A stretch of 64,000 bases of DNA from Bacteroidota bacterium (GTDB lineage: Bacteria; Bacteroidota; Bacteroidia; Bacteroidales; SZUA-534), in the NCBI GenBank assembly GCA_003250355.1, contig QKGS01000078.1:616-64615 (forward strand), given 5' to 3'. This document shows positions 58,394 to 64,000 of this stretch, piece after piece. How positions within the stretch are numbered: the stretch's first letter is position 1; each line of letters starts with the position of its first letter. A program made the position numbers and the translations under genes. Under the pieces are notes generated by a model. It was given only the letters and a program-made list of their open reading frames with translations. It did not search any database and was not told where the DNA came from.

Positions 58394-61300
58394 TTACTCT
58401 GTTTCAGTTTCATTTTCCTCTTTTATGGCATCACCTTCCGATTCTTCATTATCTGTATCACCATCATCGGTTTCGCTAAGGTCTTTACCTTTTCTAAGCT
58501 TTTTATCATCGTCTTCGTTGTCTTCAAATTCATCGCCCGATTCTATGTGTTGCAAGAATTTATCTTTGTTTCGGGCATTCGATAAGAAGAATATATACGG
58601 TGCTTCGCCGGGAATAGGTTTAAGTTTTCGGTCTGAGCTTTTTATTTCTGATATTATTTTGTTGTATGGTTTTTCGCTGGAGTATGTTTGCATTAATCCG
58701 CGGCGATAGTTAAAATAATACCAGTGACCGGGATTAACTTCAATATAAAGGTTAAATATATCGCCACTCCGTTTTTTTATAATTTCTATATGCCCTTTCA
58801 GCACTTTATTTACTTGCTGTCCTTTAATGATAGAGATGCTTAGTGGCCCTGACGATTGCCATGCTCGCATATCGTGATTCCATTTCAAACGTAAATCGGT
58901 AAATACAAATGAGGTAGTAAGTTCTTTTGGTAATTCCTTGGCTTCGCCAAATATTTCCAATTGAGCCTGAAGCCGTTCAACACTATAATTTTTAACCATT
59001 TGCTTTAGCGAACGGTCAAGTGATATACTACGCAAGTTTAGGTTTGGTAGCGAAGAACCTTTTGAATTAATAGTATCGGCAATATATTTGAATGATGCAT
59101 CGGGCAGGTAAAAGTCGAGTGTCATAAGTACCTGAACCGACTCTTCATTTTCTTCAAGTTTATAATTTGATGTACCTGTGGTTTTTATTTTTATACGTCC
59201 CAGTTCGGCTGTAAGGTCTATATCGCCTTCGCCAAATATATTGCAGTATTCGCTGTTAAGCGAGATAATATTTCCGGTGGTATCGTTATTTTGCAAACGG
59301 TACTTTTGAGCTATTTTATAGGTTTTTACTTTTTTGTCGTACATCATATAGCCTTCGGCAGTACTCACAGAGCGGTTGCTGTATCGTTTACGTTGAGTTA
59401 AGAATGCAGGGAACATATGTACTGAGTCGGTAGCAATCATAGGTCCCGATACTAAAAATGACTCATTTATATCCATAGGCTGAGCTGAAATAGGGATATA
59501 TATATCTTCAGGATTAATGGTTTCTGAGAATTTAACCCAGCTTTCGTCAATAGCATAATCGCACTCGTGGCTTATTTTGGCAGCACCGGTAAATTTCAGG
59601 AATTTCTCGGGAGCATACATATCAACATTGCCTTGGTAGGCAAATGCCGGTGATAATGTAAAGTCTTGAATACCCGGAATTTTACCTTTGGCAAATGAGT
59701 TTCCTGAACCAAGAGTGTCAACAGCTATCATGTGAAAATCAATGGGTTGTATTTTTCCATTTTCATCGTGATAATCGTAAGTACCTTCTCCGAAGTATTT
59801 GGTTCGTGTAAATATATTAACGGTAGCACTGTGGAAATTGTGGTATCGTAATTCTCTGTTGGCAAATAGTTTTGCATTTTTCAAACTTTGAAGTTTTGCG
59901 GCTACATTAACAGTTACATCTCCATTGTTTGGGAATATTCTGGCATCGGCAATATCTATATGGGTTACTTTATGAGCATTTATAATATTGGTATTAAGGT
60001 CGAAATCGGCAAGCGGCGATATCCAGTTTAGTGAGTCTTGTGCACTATGAGTTGATATAAACAGTGAACCAATAGGTGCCTCCTGAGCATCAATTTCACT
60101 AACTACACCGGTTCTTAACAATGGCTCGTACATTGAAGTAGTATTGGTAGCAAACTGCATTTTCTTTTCGAGCATCATCCAACTGAACTCTTCAATATAT
60201 GCCGCATAAAGGTTTTTGGGCAGTTCTACTCTGGTAATACCGCTGTTGGACTGGAAGGTCGATTTCATTTCATCAAAGTCTACTAAAGCCGACACGTTAT
60301 TTGCCGCAAAGGCAATAGTGTCTGACTCTTCGGCATACACTTTAAAGTTTGAAGTACTGGCAGCAGCTGAGCTGTAATTATAGGTTATGTATTTCGATGT
60401 AAGGTCGCTGTTGTAGTAGTTCATAAGTCCGCTACCAATAAGGCTTGCCGGTGTATAATCGAGTGTGCCGTAGTGTTTGCTTTTTCCATTGTACATAACA
60501 AAAGGCTCGCCGGTCGATTTTGTTTGCATATTGTCTTGGTAAGGCATCCAGTGAATGTAAATATTACCTGCTTTTACATCGGGGTATTGTACTCCCTGAT
60601 TTCGGCCGGCTATTTCATATGAATTGGTAAATCCGTTCATAGAATCGGGGTAGAATATAAAGTCGTTTGAACTTGAAATTGACGATAGGTATTCCAGTTT
60701 TCCATCGCCGCGAAGCCCTTGGTTACTAAGATTAATTTTTTCATAATACTGTCCTTTGCCACCGTATGCCGGAAAACCTTCTTCGGGGGTTGGGTGAGAG
60801 AAACCAAGCGAGTAGTCTTTTTGTAAAACCAAGCGCTGCTCAAAAACGGGGAATATTGCTGCTGATTTGAACTTGCCGTCGTATCCCATACCAAGGGTTG
60901 TAAATGTGTTCAAACTGTCAATTGTATATGGATATACTTCAAAGTAAAATGAATCGCGCGGGTATTTTCCATACTGTATTGAGTAGTCGTCGTAATATAC
61001 ATACGATGATTTTTTACTTTCAAATATTGGATATTGTGGAAAGTGCTGAACACCCGATTTATTGTCTGGATTATCAATTTGCAGGTTGCCTGTAACATTT
61101 TCAATTACGTTTTGTACATTCGACAGTTGACGGCGTCCCCAACCATCGACACCACTTTGTACTTTTATTGAAAGTGAGTCAATTTTATTTAAATCGACAA
61201 GGAAACTGTCGTATTTGAATTGGAAGTTATCGCCATAGAAAGTAAATAGTCCGGCTTCAATACGACCGCTAAAGTCGAAGTTGCGGTTTTTCTTAAATAA

Positions 61301-63082
61301 TAGCTCTTGATTTTTAGGATAAAAAATAACATTTTGGCTATCGCTCAGGTTTATTTCCGGTACACCCTGAATTTCGAGGTCCATATTTTTAAGGTTTAGA
61401 ACAGCATTGCTCTTAGGGGCATTGGTTCTAGACTCAAACTTAATAAGATCATAATCAATTAATCCTACCCGCGATTTTAGGTATTTGTACATTTTAGGCT
61501 TAATGAAAGCTATTTGGTTTTCGGTGTTGTACTCAAGAAATCCCTGGTATGATAGTTCTATAAACAGGTTATGAATAGGAGGCAGAGGCAAACGCCAGAA
61601 TTTTGCAAAATCGTGTGCATGAACAAAGTCGGTATCGTATTTTTCGGCATATCGGTGAAGCATTGAGAAAGGGTGCGATGTTTCGAGCCCTTGAAGTTCA
61701 TAGAACCGACGGGCACTAAAGTAGTTTGTCGATTCAAATTTGGCAACATTAATAGCTGTTCCTTTGAGCATGGTTAGGTTTACTTCTTCCTGATCCATGT
61801 TCCATGTAAGATACTCAAAGTCCATTTCTATTTGGTGATAAGTATTGTAATAAGGGCTGCGCGATTTGTTTTCGGCACTCTCTTCGCGAATAAGGTTTAT
61901 TTCACGGTTTTTATTATAGTATTTGAACAAAAGGCCGGGGTGATAAATTGAGTCGGTATCAATGTACATAGAAACTTCGGCATTGTTCGAAGTAATGTTG
62001 GTTTCGGTAAGGGCGTATGTAAGTGAACGTGTTTGCATGAACAGCTCTTTGCGGATAAGGGTATCGCCATAATCGGTAACATATTCTACATTGCGCCACA
62101 TATTTAGCATTGCTTTTTGTTCCATACTACCTTTTCCAAGGAATTTGGCTCCTTTCATTGAAAACCCGCCAATGTAGTCGATATCGGGGGCAAAGTTTTT
62201 TAGCTCAAATCGTTTTTCGTCCGATTCAAAGCGCGGATAACTTGCAAGTGTTTTATTGCGAACTTCAACAACTTTATCGGTTAAAGTACCCACTATCGGA
62301 TAATCGAAATAAACAAGGTGATAAAGACGCGCATTTGGTATTTCGTAGAATGATTTGCTCATGTCGATAGTATAGCTGTCTACTTCGGCATATGTTGCAT
62401 TGCGGTCTATGTCGAGGTGCTCCCATGTAATGGTTGCTTTATTGCCCCGCCATATTCCTTCATAAGGGTAGTATGTTCCTGAGGTATTAAATATTTGAAT
62501 ACTGTCGTTGCGTAATTTACATTTTAATGTTAACGATTGAAAGGTGATTTTTGCAGTATCGTTTTCAAAAACTATATCGTAGTTAGGGTTGTCGGTATAC
62601 CAGTTAACTGTATTCGATTGGTGAATAATATTTTCAGAAACAAGAAAGTAAGCCGATGTTATGTATGTGTCAATTAGATCCAGTCTAGTTTTTTTTTGGT
62701 TTAACAGGTTTATTAAACCTTCTTCCCAAGCTTTATAATCGCGTGTTTCGACACTTTTTTCACGTATAGTTTTAAGTGTTCTTATATAATTGAAAAAATG
62801 GGGAAAATTGCGAGCCTTTTTTTTTAGCATCATGTTCGATATCTCAATTATTTTGGTTCTTTCATCGAACGAGAATCGATTATCGAGCCATAAATCTTCA
62901 AATCCGTCGAGTAATTCAGTACCTTGTTTTGCATACATTTCACTTCGGTCAAACAACGACTGCATTTCGCGGAGATATTCGTCGTGTGCGCCTGAAAATT
63001 GAGTAAACTGTTGAGAAAAAATGTTGTTTGATAATAAAGTTAAAAAGGTAAGCAATGAAATAACAAGGTGCTTTATTTTCAT
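58394..63082 (-). CDS. 1,562-aa secreted/periplasmic protein of unknown function with an acidic C-terminal tail
   Basis: Signal peptide MKIKHLVISLLTFLTLLSNNIFSQ. Uninterrupted ORF with no internal repeats or motifs I recognise. The last ~45 aa are D/E-rich (DEFEDNEDDD...EENETETE). Confidence 0.6.
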   Translation of the reverse strand: MKIKHLVISLLTFLTLLSNNIFSQQFTQFSGAHDEYLREMQSLFDRSEMYAKQGTELLDGFEDLWLDNRFSFDERTKIIEISNMMLKKKARNFPHFFNYIRTLKTIREKSVETRDYKAWEEGLINLLNQKKTRLDLIDTYITSAYFLVSENIIHQSNTVNWYTDNPNYDIVFENDTAKITFQSLTLKCKLRNDSIQIFNTSGTYYPYEGIWRGNKATITWEHLDIDRNATYAEVDSYTIDMSKSFYEIPNARLYHLVYFDYPIVGTLTDKVVEVRNKTLASYPRFESDEKRFELKNFAPDIDYIGGFSMKGAKFLGKGSMEQKAMLNMWRNVEYVTDYGDTLIRKELFMQTRSLTYALTETNITSNNAEVSMYIDTDSIYHPGLLFKYYNKNREINLIREESAENKSRSPYYNTYHQIEMDFEYLTWNMDQEEVNLTMLKGTAINVAKFESTNYFSARRFYELQGLETSHPFSMLHRYAEKYDTDFVHAHDFAKFWRLPLPPIHNLFIELSYQGFLEYNTENQIAFIKPKMYKYLKSRVGLIDYDLIKFESRTNAPKSNAVLNLKNMDLEIQGVPEINLSDSQNVIFYPKNQELLFKKNRNFDFSGRIEAGLFTFYGDNFQFKYDSFLVDLNKIDSLSIKVQSGVDGWGRRQLSNVQNVIENVTGNLQIDNPDNKSGVQHFPQYPIFESKKSSYVYYDDYSIQYGKYPRDSFYFEVYPYTIDSLNTFTTLGMGYDGKFKSAAIFPVFEQRLVLQKDYSLGFSHPTPEEGFPAYGGKGQYYEKINLSNQGLRGDGKLEYLSSISSSNDFIFYPDSMNGFTNSYEIAGRNQGVQYPDVKAGNIYIHWMPYQDNMQTKSTGEPFVMYNGKSKHYGTLDYTPASLIGSGLMNYYNSDLTSKYITYNYSSAAASTSNFKVYAEESDTIAFAANNVSALVDFDEMKSTFQSNSGITRVELPKNLYAAYIEEFSWMMLEKKMQFATNTTSMYEPLLRTGVVSEIDAQEAPIGSLFISTHSAQDSLNWISPLADFDLNTNIINAHKVTHIDIADARIFPNNGDVTVNVAAKLQSLKNAKLFANRELRYHNFHSATVNIFTRTKYFGEGTYDYHDENGKIQPIDFHMIAVDTLGSGNSFAKGKIPGIQDFTLSPAFAYQGNVDMYAPEKFLKFTGAAKISHECDYAIDESWVKFSETINPEDIYIPISAQPMDINESFLVSGPMIATDSVHMFPAFLTQRKRYSNRSVSTAEGYMMYDKKVKTYKIAQKYRLQNNDTTGNIISLNSEYCNIFGEGDIDLTAELGRIKIKTTGTSNYKLEENEESVQVLMTLDFYLPDASFKYIADTINSKGSSLPNLNLRSISLDRSLKQMVKNYSVERLQAQLEIFGEAKELPKELTTSFVFTDLRLKWNHDMRAWQSSGPLSISIIKGQQVNKVLKGHIEIIKKRSGDIFNLYIEVNPGHWYYFNYRRGLMQTYSSEKPYNKIISEIKSSDRKLKPIPGEAPYIFFLSNARNKDKFLQHIESGDEFEDNEDDDKKLRKGKDLSETDDGDTDNEESEGDAIKEENETETE

Positions 63083-63184
63083 AATGTTGGCTTTTTGTTT
63101 TTATTCGGAGATTATCTTAATAAATAGTATTAAGCTGGATTATATAAAAATAAACCAACTTAATAATATAAAAATAATGTTTAA

Positions 63185-64000
63185 TTATAATAGTTCAAAA
63201 AGAGCTGCAACCCAGTTATTTTTCTCTTTTCGTTGAACGAAACTAAGACCTAATGATAATGCTTTTTCCTGGATTATGGGTAAGTCTTCGGTGTAAAAAC
63301 CGCTAAAAAGAATTTGTCCTTCTTCTTTCAGGCAGTCAACATAAGCTTCCATATCTTCAAGAAGTATGTTTCGGTTTATGTTGGCAAGTATTATATCGTA
63401 TAGTTTACCCTCAATATCGGCTGCATCACCTTCAAGAGCATCAACATTAGCTATATGGTTACGTTCTATGTTTTCAATACTGTTTTCGTAAGCCCATGAG
63501 TCAATGTCGATAGCGGTTACGTGTTTAGCATTGAGCATAGATGCATATATAGCAAGTACACCTGTGCCGCAACCCATATCAAGAACCGATTTGTACGCAA
63601 AATTCATTTCCGACATTATGTCAATCATCAGGAATGTGGTTGAGTGATGCCCTGTACCAAACGACATTTTGGGTTCTATTATTATCTCATGTTCACAATC
63701 GCTATTTTCGGGGTGAAATGGTGCGCGGATATGGCAGGCACTGCCAATGGTAATGGGCGAAAAGTTTTTTTCCCATGCTTCGTTCCAGTTTTGGTCTTTT
63801 ATAAGCTCTGTCGATATTTCCAGTTTCGGAAATGATAATAAAACAGGCTCTAATGCTTCCATTATAGAGTCGTAGCAGTATGCTTCGTTAGGGATATATC
63901 CGGTAACACCATTGTCGGTATCTTCGGTAAAGCTTTCGAAAGGTAACTGGCTAAGCATAGCTATAATAATCTCATTTCTTTCCTGCTCCATATCGTCGTA
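63185..64000 (-). CDS. prmA: ribosomal protein L11 methyltransferase (5' end probably beyond the window)
   Basis: FGTGHHSTT and VLDMGCGTGVLAI SAM-binding motifs plus ILANI. The reading frame stays open to the window edge. Confidence 0.85.
   Translation of the reverse strand, partial: YDDMEQERNEIIIAMLSQLPFESFTEDTDNGVTGYIPNEAYCYDSIMEALEPVLLSFPKLEISTELIKDQNWNEAWEKNFSPITIGSACHIRAPFHPENSDCEHEIIIEPKMSFGTGHHSTTFLMIDIMSEMNFAYKSVLDMGCGTGVLAIYASMLNAKHVTAIDIDSWAYENSIENIERNHIANVDALEGDAADIEGKLYDIILANINRNILLEDMEAYVDCLKEEGQILFSGFYTEDLPIIQEKALSLGLSFVQRKEKNNWVAALFELL

Noticed and set aside
1-64000. Scan for tRNA, rRNA, tmRNA, transposase, integrase and phage genes
   Set aside because: I found no T-loop or anticodon-arm patterns, no rRNA-like stretches, and no ORFs with DDE, tyrosine- or serine-recombinase motifs.

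Overview
This looks like a low-GC (roughly 35%) chromosomal segment from a Bacteroidota-type genome. Supporting signs are T9SS C-terminal sorting domains, an ftsK-lolA pair, a TonB-dependent receptor behind a cobalamin riboswitch, and SpoIIE/PP2C sensor phosphatases. Gene content in order: (i) a small-protein/GNAT toxin-like pair; (ii) two about 1,500-1,700-aa paralogous PKD-repeat T9SS surface proteins in inverted orientation, bracketing a 16-kb housekeeping block (membrane transporter, lipoprotein, ftsK, lolA-like, REC plus two hybrid histidine kinases, FKBP, M23 peptidase, anmK, TPR-SpoIIE phosphatase); (iii) a long minus-strand envelope/LPS string (LptF/G, GT4, GT2, ribBA, DegT-type aminotransferase, Fe-alcohol dehydrogenase, kdsB, LPG-synthase-TM-like, OmpA/TolB-like); (iv) a PiT transporter and a cobalamin salvage locus (two BtuF-like proteins, riboswitch, btuB, BtuG-like lipoprotein, cobU, cobT, cobS, cobC, cobQ, cobD, cbiB); (v) a second sensor SpoIIE phosphatase, DUF4159, rsmE, a 1,562-aa orphan protein and prmA. 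I found no tRNA, rRNA, CRISPR array, transposase or recognisable defence island, and no clearly novel multi-gene protein system. The unusual content is non-coding. Two abutting heptanucleotide arrays (37 + 26 units) lie inside the LPS operon, with smaller heptamer-array palindromes in many other spacers. A 40/43-nt inverted repeat brackets the riboswitch-to-cobQ block. A 120-nt MITE-like palindromic element occurs twice. A roughly 112-nt element also occurs twice, and its stem shows compensatory substitutions. The kdsB/Fe-ADH/aminotransferase trio suggests a Kdo8N-type LPS modification. All functional calls come from motif recognition by eye and need database confirmation.
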